From positions 17,941 through 81,940 of the forward strand of contig DATDBK010000080.1 of NCBI GenBank assembly GCA_036524935.1: a DNA stretch of 64,000 nucleotides. Direction: 5' to 3'. The notes under the pieces are model-generated. The model did not search any database and was not told where the DNA came from. It saw only the letters and a list, made by a program, of their open reading frames with translations. Position 1 is the first letter of the stretch; each line of letters opens with the position of its first letter. This document shows positions 31,775-41,976 of the stretch, in pieces. Position numbers and translations under genes: made by a program. This stretch comes from Lysobacter sp. GTDB taxonomy: Bacteria > Pseudomonadota > Gammaproteobacteria > Xanthomonadales > Xanthomonadaceae.

Positions 31775-32514
31775 ATGCAGCGCCGCAGCCCATCCTCGAA
31801 CGCGAAGACGTCCAGCAGGACCGCGATCTGCAGCGTTCGATTTCGCCGGTGGCAGGGGTCACCGCGCTCACGCCGACGCAGCTCGAAGACCGGGCGATCA
31901 TCCACCGCGGTGCGGTCGCCCGTCCGGAAGTCGACGCGTTCCGCGAACTGCGCACGCGTCTGCTGGCCGCGGTCGAAGGCAGCTTCGTCGCCCTGGTCGT
32001 GCCGGTCAGCGCCGGCAGCGGCGGCAGCTTCGTCGCCCGCAACCTGGCCACGGCCATGGCGTTCGACGAAACCAAGAGCGCCATGCTCGTCGACTGCGAC
32101 CTTCGCCACCCGTCCCAGCACAGCACGATGAGGATCGAGACGTCGCAGGGCGGCCTGGTCGATTACCTCGAGAACCCGGATGCCGAGTTCGCCGACATCG
32201 TCTACGACACCGGCGTCACCGGCCTGCGCCTGATTCCCGCCGGCACCACGCGTGAAGTCGGTGCCGAGCACTTCTCGTCCTCGCGCATGCGCCTGCTGCT
32301 GGACTCGATCCGCAGCCGACACCCCAACTGCTACGTGTTCCTCGATGGCCCGCCGGTGCGCGGCACGCCCGACGCCCGGATCCTGGCCGACATCGCCGAC
32401 GTGGTGATCCTGGTCGCTGGCTATGGTCGCGACACCGCGGCGGCGATCTCGCTGGCCGCCGGCAACTTCGACCCGAACAAGTTCGCAGGTGTCGTCTTCA
32501 ATGAAGGCGTATGA
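31771..32514 (+). CDS. CpsD/CapB-like BY-kinase homolog with degenerate Walker A
   Basis: FRELRT, VSAGSGGS (Walker A position, no Lys), LVDCDLRHP, LDGPP, GVVFN. Confidence 0.8.
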   Translation: MNAAPQPILEREDVQQDRDLQRSISPVAGVTALTPTQLEDRAIIHRGAVARPEVDAFRELRTRLLAAVEGSFVALVVPVSAGSGGSFVARNLATAMAFDETKSAMLVDCDLRHPSQHSTMRIETSQGGLVDYLENPDAEFADIVYDTGVTGLRLIPAGTTREVGAEHFSSSRMRLLLDSIRSRHPNCYVFLDGPPVRGTPDARILADIADVVILVAGYGRDTAAAISLAAGNFDPNKFAGVVFNEGV

Positions 32515-32524
32515 AGGAGCGCGA

Positions 32525-33844
32525 ATGGCCAGCGACGGACTTCCTGCGACCGCACTTCGCCTGCGACGGTCGGCGCTGTGCATCGCGTTGCTCGTGGCAG
32601 TGCCCGGCGTGCAGGCAGCGAAGATCAACTACACGCTGGGCGGCTACGCCGAGTACAGCGACAACGTCGGCCTGACCGAAACCGACCCGGACTCGGAAAC
32701 CACGCTCGGCGGTACGCTCGACTTCGACGTCAACCAGGTCGGCAGGAGCACGACGCTGCTCGCCCGCGGCGGCCTGGAATACCTGTACTACACCGGCGGC
32801 CAATACGACAACGACCTGCGCACGTCGCTTGCGGCGCAGTTCGCGTGGGACACCTGGGACAACCGGCTGAAGTTCATCGTCGAGGACTACGCCAGCTACG
32901 AGCCCATCGACGTGCTGGTCTCCAATTCGCCGGACAACCAGCAGCAGGTCAACGTTTTCGTGACCGGCGCGAACCTCAACATCCGGCCCGGCTCGGTCAC
33001 CGGCGGCGAGCTCGCCGTGCGCTACAACAACTATTACGCCGAACAGACCAGCGACTTCAACGGCGACCGGTACGCGGCGTCGGCCAGCCTGGTGCAGCGT
33101 CCCGGCCCGACCACGCGCCTGCGCCTCACCGTGGAAGGCAGCCAGGTCGACTACGACGACACCAGCCTCAACGCCAACTACCGGCGCGAGGACATCTACG
33201 GCACCTATAACCGCAACCTGGCCAACATCGACGTCGAAGCCGTTCTCGGCTATTCCTGGGTCGAGCTGACCAGCTTCGACGCCAAGGACAGCTCGCCGCT
33301 GTTCCGCCTCGTCACCACCTGGCGCGCCTCGGCGCGCAGCACGCTCATTGCCGGGTTCTATTACCAGTTCTCGGACGCGGCGCTGGACCTGGTCTCGCGC
33401 TCGGGCGACATCGGCGGAGCGCCCATCGGCGACGAGGCCAACGAGCTCAATGTGATCCCGGACGTCTACCAGCAGCGGCGATTCGACATCAGCTATCGCT
33501 TCACCGGAGAGCGCTTGGACTTCGAGGTCCGCCCGTACTACGAGAACAACGACTACGTCGACCCGACGATCGAGAGCGAGGGCAGCTACGGCCTCGGCGT
33601 CGGCGCGACCTATCGCATCCAGCCGACTCTGTTCGCGAGCCTGCAGCTCGCTCGCGGCTATCGCAGTTTCGACTCGTTCGATCGCGACGACGACGATTTC
33701 GCCATGTACCTGGGCCTGACCAAGTTGCTGACCGGCAACTGGAGCGTGTCCTTCGACCTGCGCCACCAGGAGCGCGACAGCAACTTGGCAGAAGCCAGCT
33801 ATGACGAGAATGCCGCCATCTTCAGCGTTCGCTATACCCGCTGA
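32525..33844 (+). CDS. Outer-membrane beta-barrel protein of EPS locus
   Basis: Signal peptide (VQA-A), YSDNV, alternating aromatic beta-strands, ends YDENAAIFSVRYTR. Confidence 0.8.
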   Translation: MASDGLPATALRLRRSALCIALLVAVPGVQAAKINYTLGGYAEYSDNVGLTETDPDSETTLGGTLDFDVNQVGRSTTLLARGGLEYLYYTGGQYDNDLRTSLAAQFAWDTWDNRLKFIVEDYASYEPIDVLVSNSPDNQQQVNVFVTGANLNIRPGSVTGGELAVRYNNYYAEQTSDFNGDRYAASASLVQRPGPTTRLRLTVEGSQVDYDDTSLNANYRREDIYGTYNRNLANIDVEAVLGYSWVELTSFDAKDSSPLFRLVTTWRASARSTLIAGFYYQFSDAALDLVSRSGDIGGAPIGDEANELNVIPDVYQQRRFDISYRFTGERLDFEVRPYYENNDYVDPTIESEGSYGLGVGATYRIQPTLFASLQLARGYRSFDSFDRDDDDFAMYLGLTKLLTGNWSVSFDLRHQERDSNLAEASYDENAAIFSVRYTR

Positions 33845-33851
33845 CGCGGCG

Positions 33852-35024
33852 GTGGCGGGTCGCCAGGATCGGCGCATCCGCCTGCTGCTGCTGACCGACA
33901 CGCCCGTGCTGGCGCCGGGCGGAAGCGAACGCTTCCTGCAGAACCTGGCCACGCGCCTGCCGCGTGAGCACTACCGCATTTCCGTGGTGCAGCTGCATGA
34001 CGGGCACATGCCCGGCCCCGGCATGGCCCCGGGTCGGCTGGCGGGCGTGAGCCTGCAGGCGCTGCCAGTGCGCGCGGTCTACGACCGCAGCGGTATCCGT
34101 GCCTGGCTGGCGCTCCGTTCGCTGCTTCGCGAAGAGCAGTTCGACATCGTCCAGTCGCAGCATGAAAAGGCCGACCTGCTCAACGCATTGCTGCCGCGTC
34201 GCAACGGCACCGTGCACATTTCCAATCGCCGCGACATGGGCTTCAAGAAGAGCGAACGGCTGCAGCAGCTGTTCCGCCTGATCAATCCGCGCTTCAATGC
34301 GGTGGTGGCCCCGGCCCGCCAGATCCTGTCCGGACTGGCCCGCACCGAGCGGCTCGATGCCCTGCAGATGACCTGGATCCCGAACGGGGTCGACACGCGA
34401 CGCTTCTGTCCCGACCCCGCGCAGACGCGACAGGATGCACGTCGCGAGCTCGGCCTCGAACAACAGGCCGTCGTTTTTGGCTGCGTCGCACGGCTGACCG
34501 AGGTCAAGCGCCATGTCGACCTGATCGATGCCTTTGCCCAGGTCCATCGCGCCGCGCCGCACGTGCGGCTGGTGCTGGTGGGCGATGGCCCGCTGCTGGC
34601 GCGGGTCCAGGATCGGATGTCGGCGCTGGGCATCGCCGATGCCGTGGTGCTGCTGAGCTTCCGCGACGACGTCGAAGCGGTCCTGCCAGCGCTGGACGCG
34701 CTGGTGCTGGCGTCATCCAGCGAGGGCATGTCCAACGCCATCCTCGAAGCCATGGCCTGCGGCCTGCCGGTGATCGCAACCGCGGTCGGCGGCAACCTGC
34801 ACCTCGTCCAGCACGAAACCACCGGCCTGCTGGTGCCGCCGCGCGACCCGATCTCGCTGGCCGCGGCCATGCAGACCCTGACACGGTCACCGCAGCTCGG
34901 CCAGCGCATGGGCGTGGCCGCACGCGCCCGCATCGAGCGCGAGTTCTCGCTCGATGCGATGGTGAATGGCTTCGACCAGATGTACCGGCACCTGCTGAAC
35001 CAGCGCACGCAGGGGCCGAAATGA
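33852..35024 (+). CDS. GT4 glycosyltransferase
   Basis: GGSE, IPNGVD, VARLTEVK, EGMSNAILEAMA; start uncertain. Confidence 0.9.
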   Translation: MAGRQDRRIRLLLLTDTPVLAPGGSERFLQNLATRLPREHYRISVVQLHDGHMPGPGMAPGRLAGVSLQALPVRAVYDRSGIRAWLALRSLLREEQFDIVQSQHEKADLLNALLPRRNGTVHISNRRDMGFKKSERLQQLFRLINPRFNAVVAPARQILSGLARTERLDALQMTWIPNGVDTRRFCPDPAQTRQDARRELGLEQQAVVFGCVARLTEVKRHVDLIDAFAQVHRAAPHVRLVLVGDGPLLARVQDRMSALGIADAVVLLSFRDDVEAVLPALDALVLASSSEGMSNAILEAMACGLPVIATAVGGNLHLVQHETTGLLVPPRDPISLAAAMQTLTRSPQLGQRMGVAARARIEREFSLDAMVNGFDQMYRHLLNQRTQGPK

Positions 35025-36166
35025 GCCACGCCTCGCTGTCGACGCTGCTGCTGCGCTCCAGTGCCGGGCTGTACGGCGCCGATCGCATGGTGCTTGCGCT
35101 GAACGACGGCCTCGCCCGCCATGGCGTGCACAGCCGCCTGGTCAGCATCAACAACTACCGCATGCGCGAGCAGGCCCTTCACGACCTGGCGCGCACGCGC
35201 GGGCAGGAATCGACGCTGTTGCCCTGCCGCGGCCGCATCGATGCCGCGACCGTGAGCGCCCTGTCCGCGCAGATCGCGATGACCGGCTCTGCCGTCGTCC
35301 ACAGCCACGACTACAAGAGTGCGTTCTATGCCTGGCTGGCCACGCGCCGGCAACCGGCGCGGCTGGTGGCGACCCTGCACGGCTGGGTCGAGGGTTCCTC
35401 GTCGCTGCGCCTGTACACACGCCTGGAGCTGGCGCTGCTGCGCCGCTTCGATGCGCTGGTCGTGGTCGCCGCCGAACAGGTCGAACGCCTGCTGCGCGCC
35501 GGCGTGCCGCATTCGCGCATCCACCAGATCGACAACGGCATCGAATCCACGCAGCCCAATGGCGCCGCCGCGGCCGTGCTGCGTGATCGCCTCGGCATCG
35601 CCGCCGACGCCCATGTGTTCGCCGCCGTCGCACGCCTGTCGAGCGAGAAGAACCTGGCCATGCTGCTGCAGGCCTTCGCACCGGTGGCGGAACGCTCGCC
35701 CGAGGCCGTCCTGGTGCTGGTGGGCGACGGCCCCGACCGCGAGTCGCTGCAGGCGCAAGCCGCGCAACTCGGGCTGAAGCAGGGCGAACAGCTGCATTTC
35801 CTCGGCCAGCGCGACGACATGGCCGCGATCTACGCGATGAGCGACTGCCTGGTGCTGCCCTCGCTCAGCGAAGGCATGCCGCTGGTCGTGCTCGAAGCCA
35901 TGGCCTGCGAAGTGCCGGTGCTGGCCAGCGCGGTGGGCGACATCCCGCGCCTGCTCGCCCATTCCGATCACGGCAGGCTCGTCCCGGCCGGTGACGCCGC
36001 TGCATTGCAGGCCGCACTTGCCGAGGCCCTGACGTTGCGCGGACGCCGCGACCGCGCCGCACGCGCTTACGTCGACGCGAACCACTCCGCGCAGGCGATG
36101 GCTGGCCGCTACCTCGATCTGTACCAACGGCTGCTGGAGACGACGCATGACCGCCGTGCATCCTGA
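35021..36166 (+). CDS. GT4 glycosyltransferase
   Basis: YGAD, HSHDYK, VARLSSEKN, EGMPLVVLEAMA; ATGA overlap. Confidence 0.9.
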   Translation: MSHASLSTLLLRSSAGLYGADRMVLALNDGLARHGVHSRLVSINNYRMREQALHDLARTRGQESTLLPCRGRIDAATVSALSAQIAMTGSAVVHSHDYKSAFYAWLATRRQPARLVATLHGWVEGSSSLRLYTRLELALLRRFDALVVVAAEQVERLLRAGVPHSRIHQIDNGIESTQPNGAAAAVLRDRLGIAADAHVFAAVARLSSEKNLAMLLQAFAPVAERSPEAVLVLVGDGPDRESLQAQAAQLGLKQGEQLHFLGQRDDMAAIYAMSDCLVLPSLSEGMPLVVLEAMACEVPVLASAVGDIPRLLAHSDHGRLVPAGDAAALQAALAEALTLRGRRDRAARAYVDANHSAQAMAGRYLDLYQRLLETTHDRRAS

Positions 36167-37625
36167 CGCGATCAACCGCCGCGCCGGCATGCGCGCCGGC
36201 ACCGATGCCGCGACGGACAGCGACGCGACCCCGCCGGCGCAGGCACAGCCGCGATTCCCGCTGGCGGCGCGCGCGCTCCGCCGCACGCCGGCGGGCAGTG
36301 CTGCCGCGACGCCGTCGGCCACCGCGATGGCCGGCGTTGCCGTGCCCGGTGTCGCCACGCCACGCGCCGGCTTCGCGCGCCCCGCTGCGGCCGCCGCACG
36401 CGTCGCCCAGGTCGCACGGGCGCCCAGGAACTACCCGCTGTATCTGTTCCTGGTCCTGCTGCCACTGCAGAACATCACTACCGGCTACCTGCCCAACATG
36501 GGCGGCGGTGTGAACTTCCTCAACGTGATGTTCCTGCTGTCGCTGGCAACCGCGTTCATGGTCCGCGGCGGACTGGCGCGCGGCGAACCGATCAACTTCT
36601 GGGCGATGGCCTACGCGGTCTATGCGGCGTTTTCGCTGTCGATCGGCTACCAGTACGTCAGCGACACCGAAACCCACTTCAACCAGCTCAAGGACCACCT
36701 GATCGCGGTCTTCATGCTCTATGTCGTGCAGATGAGCGTCCGCGACTGGCAGGGCGTGCGCCTGGTCATCCTGGCGATGCTGGTGCCGCTGCCGTACATC
36801 GCCAAGGTTGTCTGGGTCCAGCACCAGAGCGTGGCCCGCGACCACTACACCGACGACCTGCGCATCAGCGGCACGTTCTCCCTGCTTGGCGCCAACGAGT
36901 TCGCCGCGTTCTGCGTGACGGTCGCGGTGGTGTTGTTCGCACTCCTGCTGGCCTGCCGCCTCACGCGCAAGTGGCGCCTGCTGCTTGCCGGCGGCATCGC
37001 CTGCATGGTGCTGGGCGTGTTGTATGCCTACTCGCGCACGGCCTACATCAGCCTGATCGTCGGCATGGTCGCGGTGATCCTGGTCTGGCGCGGCCGCTGG
37101 AAGCTGATCCTGCCACTGGTGCTGGCGGCGGCCCTGTTGCCGGCGGTGTTGCCATCGTCGGTGGTTGAGCGCTTCGACAGCACCACGGTCGAAGAGGGGC
37201 AGCGCGATGAAAGCACGGAGATGCGCATCGAATACTGGAAGGTCGCCTGGGCCAACTTCCTGCGCCATCCGGTGGTGGGCACCGGCTTCCACACCTTCCA
37301 TCACCGCGAGATCAACCCCTACGGCAAGGACACGCACAACCTCTACATCCGCACCCTCAGCGAGGGCGGCGTGATCGGCGCGGTGATGCTGCTGGGGGTA
37401 CTGCTGTCAGTGCTGTACGCCGCCTGGCGCGGGCTCACACGTTCACGCTCGGGCACCTGGCAGTACGCGCTTGCGCTGGGCCTGCTCGGCGCCTGGCTGT
37501 CGATGCTCATAAGCAACCTGTTCGGCGACCGCTTCACCTATTACCCGGTGGTCGCCTACTTCTGGACCTACGTGGCGCTCGTGGTAAAGGCCCGCCACCT
37601 TCCCCCCGAGGACGTCGCGCGATGA
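36147..37625 (+). CDS. Wzy polymerase / O-antigen-ligase family membrane protein
   Basis: About 11 TM segments, RISGTF..ANE, SRTAY, R..YW, HPVVGTG, THNLY (Wzy_C motifs). Confidence 0.85.
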   Translation: MTAVHPDAINRRAGMRAGTDAATDSDATPPAQAQPRFPLAARALRRTPAGSAAATPSATAMAGVAVPGVATPRAGFARPAAAAARVAQVARAPRNYPLYLFLVLLPLQNITTGYLPNMGGGVNFLNVMFLLSLATAFMVRGGLARGEPINFWAMAYAVYAAFSLSIGYQYVSDTETHFNQLKDHLIAVFMLYVVQMSVRDWQGVRLVILAMLVPLPYIAKVVWVQHQSVARDHYTDDLRISGTFSLLGANEFAAFCVTVAVVLFALLLACRLTRKWRLLLAGGIACMVLGVLYAYSRTAYISLIVGMVAVILVWRGRWKLILPLVLAAALLPAVLPSSVVERFDSTTVEEGQRDESTEMRIEYWKVAWANFLRHPVVGTGFHTFHHREINPYGKDTHNLYIRTLSEGGVIGAVMLLGVLLSVLYAAWRGLTRSRSGTWQYALALGLLGAWLSMLISNLFGDRFTYYPVVAYFWTYVALVVKARHLPPEDVAR

Positions 37626-38692
37626 CCGCCCCCCTGCGCTCCTGGCTGCGCTACCTGCTTGCACTGTGCAGCCACTACAGCGGGCTGGACTGGCTGTACC
37701 GCCAGGTCGGTGGCGCCGGCCTGGTGATCCTGATGCTGCACCGGCTGCGCGATGAGCCCGATCCGTATCCATTGAGCATGTCGCGCGCGAGCCTGCGCCA
37801 GATCATCCGCTGGCTGCGCGGCCAGCACGCGCTGGTCGGCCTCGGCGAAGGCCTGCGCGATCTCTCGCCGGCTGCGCCGCAGCGCGTGCGTTATGCCCTC
37901 ACCTTCGACGACGGTTACCACGACAACCTCGGCCTGATCGACGCCAGCCTCGGCCACGTCCCGGCCGTGGTCTATGTCGCCACCGGCCACATCGGCGGCG
38001 AACCGATCTGGGCCTACCGGCTGGCGCACGCGATCGAGTCGCGCAGTCGCGACCAGGTCGACCTGGGCGGGCTCGGCCTCGGCCATTTCGACCTGTCCGA
38101 GTCCGACGACCGCTATCGCATCTACACGGTGCTGCCGGCGCGGCTGAAGGAACTCGAGCCGGCCGAACTGGAAGCATGGGTCGATCACCTGTGCGAACAG
38201 ACCCGGCCCCGTCCGATTCCGCACGAGAACCGAGAGATGCTCGACTGGGACGACGTCCGCAAGCTCTACGTCAACGGCGTCGAGATCGGCGGCCATACCT
38301 GCAGTCACGCCATCCTGAGCCGGCTCGACGAGTCCGCTGCACGCGAAGAGATCGGCCTGGCGCACGCCAGCATCACCTCCGAACTTGGCATGCCGCCGCG
38401 CCATTTCGCCTATCCCAACGGCGGCAACGAGGACTTCAGCGATCGCGACGCGCGACTGGTGCGCGAAGCCGGCTTCGAGACCGCAACCACCTCGGTTGAA
38501 GGCATCAACCGCCCCGGCGCCGACCCCTACCGGTTGATGCGCTTCAACGTCCACGAGGAACGCTTCCGCGCGCCGTCCGGGCGCCTGTCCAGGGCCCTGT
38601 TCTTCAGCGAGACCAGCGGCCTGCTGGGGTGGCTGCGCGGCTGCCGCGGCGTCCCCGAACCGCTCCACGACAGCACCATGCAACCGGGGTGA
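37622..38692 (+). CDS. Polysaccharide deacetylase (CE4, with insertion)
   Basis: ILMLHR, TFDDGY, GGHTCSH, FAYPNG. Confidence 0.88.
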   Translation: MTAPLRSWLRYLLALCSHYSGLDWLYRQVGGAGLVILMLHRLRDEPDPYPLSMSRASLRQIIRWLRGQHALVGLGEGLRDLSPAAPQRVRYALTFDDGYHDNLGLIDASLGHVPAVVYVATGHIGGEPIWAYRLAHAIESRSRDQVDLGGLGLGHFDLSESDDRYRIYTVLPARLKELEPAELEAWVDHLCEQTRPRPIPHENREMLDWDDVRKLYVNGVEIGGHTCSHAILSRLDESAAREEIGLAHASITSELGMPPRHFAYPNGGNEDFSDRDARLVREAGFETATTSVEGINRPGADPYRLMRFNVHEERFRAPSGRLSRALFFSETSGLLGWLRGCRGVPEPLHDSTMQPG

Positions 38693-38696
38693 CGCC

Positions 38697-39482
38697 GTGA
38701 CTGCCGACACCGCCAGTGGCCCGATGAGGCTGCCGATCCTGATGTACCACGGTCTCCACGCCAATGCGGACTCGCGTGGGCGCTTCGATTCGGTGTACAG
38801 CGTCGATCCCGACCGGTTCGCGCGCCAGCTCGACTGGATCCTGGCGCAGCGCTATCGCTGCACGCTTCTCGATGAAGCGATGCAGCTGCGTGGCGACCGT
38901 GCGCTGGTGATCAGCTTCGACGACGGCGACATCTCCAATGTCGAGGTCGCCCTGCCACTGCTGCTCGAACGCGGCATGAAGGCCGAGTTCTACATCACGA
39001 CCGGGTTCATCGGAGCCACCGGCATGCTGTCCGCCGACGAAGTCCGGCAGCTGGCGGCGGCCGGCATGGGCATCGGTTCGCACGGGTGCAGCCACGCCTT
39101 CCTCGAGGACCTGGACACCACCGCACTGATGTCCGAACTCGACGACAGCCGCAGCCGTCTTCAGGCACTGAGCCGGCGCCCTGTCGATGCCATCGCCCTG
39201 CCCGGTGGGCGCGGTGGCGAGCGCGAGCTGCAGGCCGCACATTCGCTGGGCTTCCGTCACCTGCTCGGCTCGGTGCCGGGCCCCAACCATCGCGTGCGCG
39301 GCGACAGCTGCCTGCAGCGACTGGCGATCACCCGCAACCTGGGCATGGATGACTTCGCCGCGCTGGTCCGCTGGCAGGGGCTGGCGCCACGCCTGATGCA
39401 GGCGCGCCATGCCGCGCTGTCGCTGCCCAAGCGCGTGCTGGGCAACCACGGCTACCAGCGCCTGCGCGAGCGACTGCTATGA
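38697..39482 (+). CDS. Polysaccharide deacetylase (CE4)
   Basis: PILMYH, SFDDG, GSHGCSH, LPGG. Confidence 0.88.
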   Translation: MTADTASGPMRLPILMYHGLHANADSRGRFDSVYSVDPDRFARQLDWILAQRYRCTLLDEAMQLRGDRALVISFDDGDISNVEVALPLLLERGMKAEFYITTGFIGATGMLSADEVRQLAAAGMGIGSHGCSHAFLEDLDTTALMSELDDSRSRLQALSRRPVDAIALPGGRGGERELQAAHSLGFRHLLGSVPGPNHRVRGDSCLQRLAITRNLGMDDFAALVRWQGLAPRLMQARHAALSLPKRVLGNHGYQRLRERLL

Positions 39483-40621
39483 CCGGACTGGCGATGAGCG
39501 CCGAGGGCGCGTTCTGGCTGTGCATCGGCGTGGTCGTCTACGCCTATGCCGGTTATCCGCTGCTGGTCGCGCTGTTGTCGCACCGTTACGGGCAGGTGCC
39601 GTTCGAGACCCGACTCTGCCCGGCGCTGACCGTCGTCGTCGCCGCCTACGACGAGGAACTGCGCATCGCCGCCCGCATCGACGACATCCTTGCCCAGGAC
39701 TACCCGTCGCAGCGCCTGCAGGTGCTGGTGGTCAGCGATGGCAGCCGTGACGGCACCGCCGATGCGGCCGCGATCGGCGACCCGCGCGTGCGCGTGCTGG
39801 CACTGCCGCGAAACGTCGGCAAGGCCGCGGCGATCAACGCCGCCATGCGCCATGTCGAAACCGAGCTGGTGGCTTTCACCGACGTGCGCCAACGCTTCGC
39901 CCCGCGTGCACTGCGCGCACTGGTGGCGCCGTTCGCCGACCCTGCCATCGGCGCGGTCACCGGCGAGCTGGTGATCGCGGCCAGCGCGGCGCGCGGCGCG
40001 ACCGAAGGGGTCGGCCTGTACTGGCGCATGGAGAAGCGGCTGCGGGCAGATGAAGCACGACTGGGCTGGCTGCATGGCGTCACCGGCGCGATCCATGCGA
40101 TGCGCCGGCATCTCTTCCGGCCGATTCCTGCCGGCACCGTGCTCGACGACATGTGGATGCCGCTGCAGGTGCTGTGGTCCGGCCATCAGGTGTGGATGTC
40201 GCGCGGCTCCATCGCCCACGACCACGCCAGTGCCAGTGCCGATGAAGAGTTCCATCGCAAGCTGCGCACGCTCGCCGGCAACTGGCAGTTGATCGCACGC
40301 ATGCCGGCATTGCTGAACCCGTTCAGCAATCCGGTGTTCTTCGCCTGGTTCTCGCACAAGTTCCTGCGCCTGCTGGTGCCGTGGGCACTGCTGCTGGCGC
40401 TGGTGTCGTCGGCGCTGGCATCCGCGCCGTTCTATCGCTGGGCGCTGTACGCGCAGCTGCTGGGCTATGCCGGGGCCCTGCTCGGCCTCGGCCTGCCGAA
40501 GCTGGCCGCGCGGTTGCCGTTGCTGCCGGCGGCCAGCGGCTTCGTGATGCTCAACCTGGCAGCACTGCTGTCGCTGCCGGCCTCGCTGGCCGGGCCGTCG
40601 CGCCTGTGGCGGAAGCACTGA
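39479..40621 (+). CDS. GT2 glycosyltransferase
   Basis: YAGYP, AAYDEE, SDGSRD, GKAAAIN, FTDV, LDD, FHRKLR, SHKFLR, C-terminal TMs. Confidence 0.9.
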   Translation: MTGLAMSAEGAFWLCIGVVVYAYAGYPLLVALLSHRYGQVPFETRLCPALTVVVAAYDEELRIAARIDDILAQDYPSQRLQVLVVSDGSRDGTADAAAIGDPRVRVLALPRNVGKAAAINAAMRHVETELVAFTDVRQRFAPRALRALVAPFADPAIGAVTGELVIAASAARGATEGVGLYWRMEKRLRADEARLGWLHGVTGAIHAMRRHLFRPIPAGTVLDDMWMPLQVLWSGHQVWMSRGSIAHDHASASADEEFHRKLRTLAGNWQLIARMPALLNPFSNPVFFAWFSHKFLRLLVPWALLLALVSSALASAPFYRWALYAQLLGYAGALLGLGLPKLAARLPLLPAASGFVMLNLAALLSLPASLAGPSRLWRKH

Positions 40622-41886
40622 TGGCGCGCATCCTCGCCCTCACCAGCCGCCTGCCCTGGCCGCCGCGCGAAGGCCACCAGCTGCGCGCCTGGCACGTGCT
40701 CAAGGCGCTTGCCTCGCGCCACGAAGTCACGCTGCTGAGTTTCCTGCGCAAGGACGACGCACCCCAGCAGACCGGGCCGCTGCGCGCGGCGATCGCGCGC
40801 CTGGAGACCTTTCCGATCGCGAGCGAGCATTCACGCCTGGCACTGGCGACGTCGCTGCTGCGCGGCACGCTGACGCAAACACCTTTCCTTGTTGCGAAGT
40901 ACGACTCGGCCGCACTGCGCCATCGCATCAGCGAACTCGCGCGCGACGCCGACCTGGTCCATTTCGACATGTTGCCGCTGATGGCCCACGCCGACTGTGT
41001 ACCCGCCGGCATACCGGTCGCGTTCAATGCGCACAACGTCGAGCACCACCTCCTGGCCAGACGCGCCGAGATCGAACCCGGCATGGCCGCGCGCCGGTTC
41101 CTGCAGGGCCAGGTGCCGCGCCTGCATCGCTTCGAGCGCGCGGCCTGCGAACGCGCCGATGCGATCCTCGCCTGCTCCGAACCCGATGCGCAGGCGCTGC
41201 GCGAACTGGCACCGGGGCGCAAGGTCGAAGTCATCGCCAACGGTGTCGATCTCGTTGCCAACCGCCCTGCGCAAGCGACGCCGGACCCGGACAGGCTGGT
41301 ATTCGTCGGCCAGATGGGCTGGTTCCCGAACCGCGACGGCGTCGACTGGTTCCTGCAGTCGGTGTTCCCGCGAATCGTCTCGGCACGGCCCGACGCCCGC
41401 TTCGTCCTGGTCGGCAAGGCGGACGGCTACGAAGTCCCCGCCGACGTTGCCGGCAACGTCCAGCTGGCCGGCTTTGTCGACGACCTTCGTCCCAGCGTGC
41501 ACGAGGCCGGCGTGTACGTCGTGCCGTTGCGCGCCGGCAGCGGCACCCGGCTGAAGGTGCTGGAAGCGATGGCGCTGGGCAAGGCGATCGTCACCACCAC
41601 GATCGGCAGCGAGGGCATTGCTTTGCGCCACGATGAAAGCGCGCTGTTTGCCGACGATGCCGATTCGTTCGCCGCGGCCGCGCTGGCATTGATGGATGCG
41701 CCAGGACGCGCTTCCCGCCTCGGTGCCGCAGCCCGGCAGCTGGCCGAAGCCCGCTATGGCTGGGACGCGATCGGGACGCAGTTGCTCGATTGCTATGACG
41801 ACCTGCTGGCATCGACGGATCTCCGCGCTACATCTGCATTCACCGCCGGATTCCAGCCCGACCGGAATCAGACAATTCTCATGTGA
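40621..41886 (+). CDS. GT4 glycosyltransferase (resembles PEP-CTERM-system sugar transferases)
   Basis: SRLPWPPREG, HNVE, NGVD, FVGQMGWFPN, GTRLKVLEAMA. Confidence 0.9.
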   Translation: MARILALTSRLPWPPREGHQLRAWHVLKALASRHEVTLLSFLRKDDAPQQTGPLRAAIARLETFPIASEHSRLALATSLLRGTLTQTPFLVAKYDSAALRHRISELARDADLVHFDMLPLMAHADCVPAGIPVAFNAHNVEHHLLARRAEIEPGMAARRFLQGQVPRLHRFERAACERADAILACSEPDAQALRELAPGRKVEVIANGVDLVANRPAQATPDPDRLVFVGQMGWFPNRDGVDWFLQSVFPRIVSARPDARFVLVGKADGYEVPADVAGNVQLAGFVDDLRPSVHEAGVYVVPLRAGSGTRLKVLEAMALGKAIVTTTIGSEGIALRHDESALFADDADSFAAAALALMDAPGRASRLGAAARQLAEARYGWDAIGTQLLDCYDDLLASTDLRATSAFTAGFQPDRNQTILM

Positions 41887-41976
41887 CCTCCGACATCCGG
41901 GTGTTTGAATCCATCGCCCGTACTGGGCGGCCGGGTCCAGATGGACCCGTTGGTTCCCCCTCATTGGATGTCTTTG

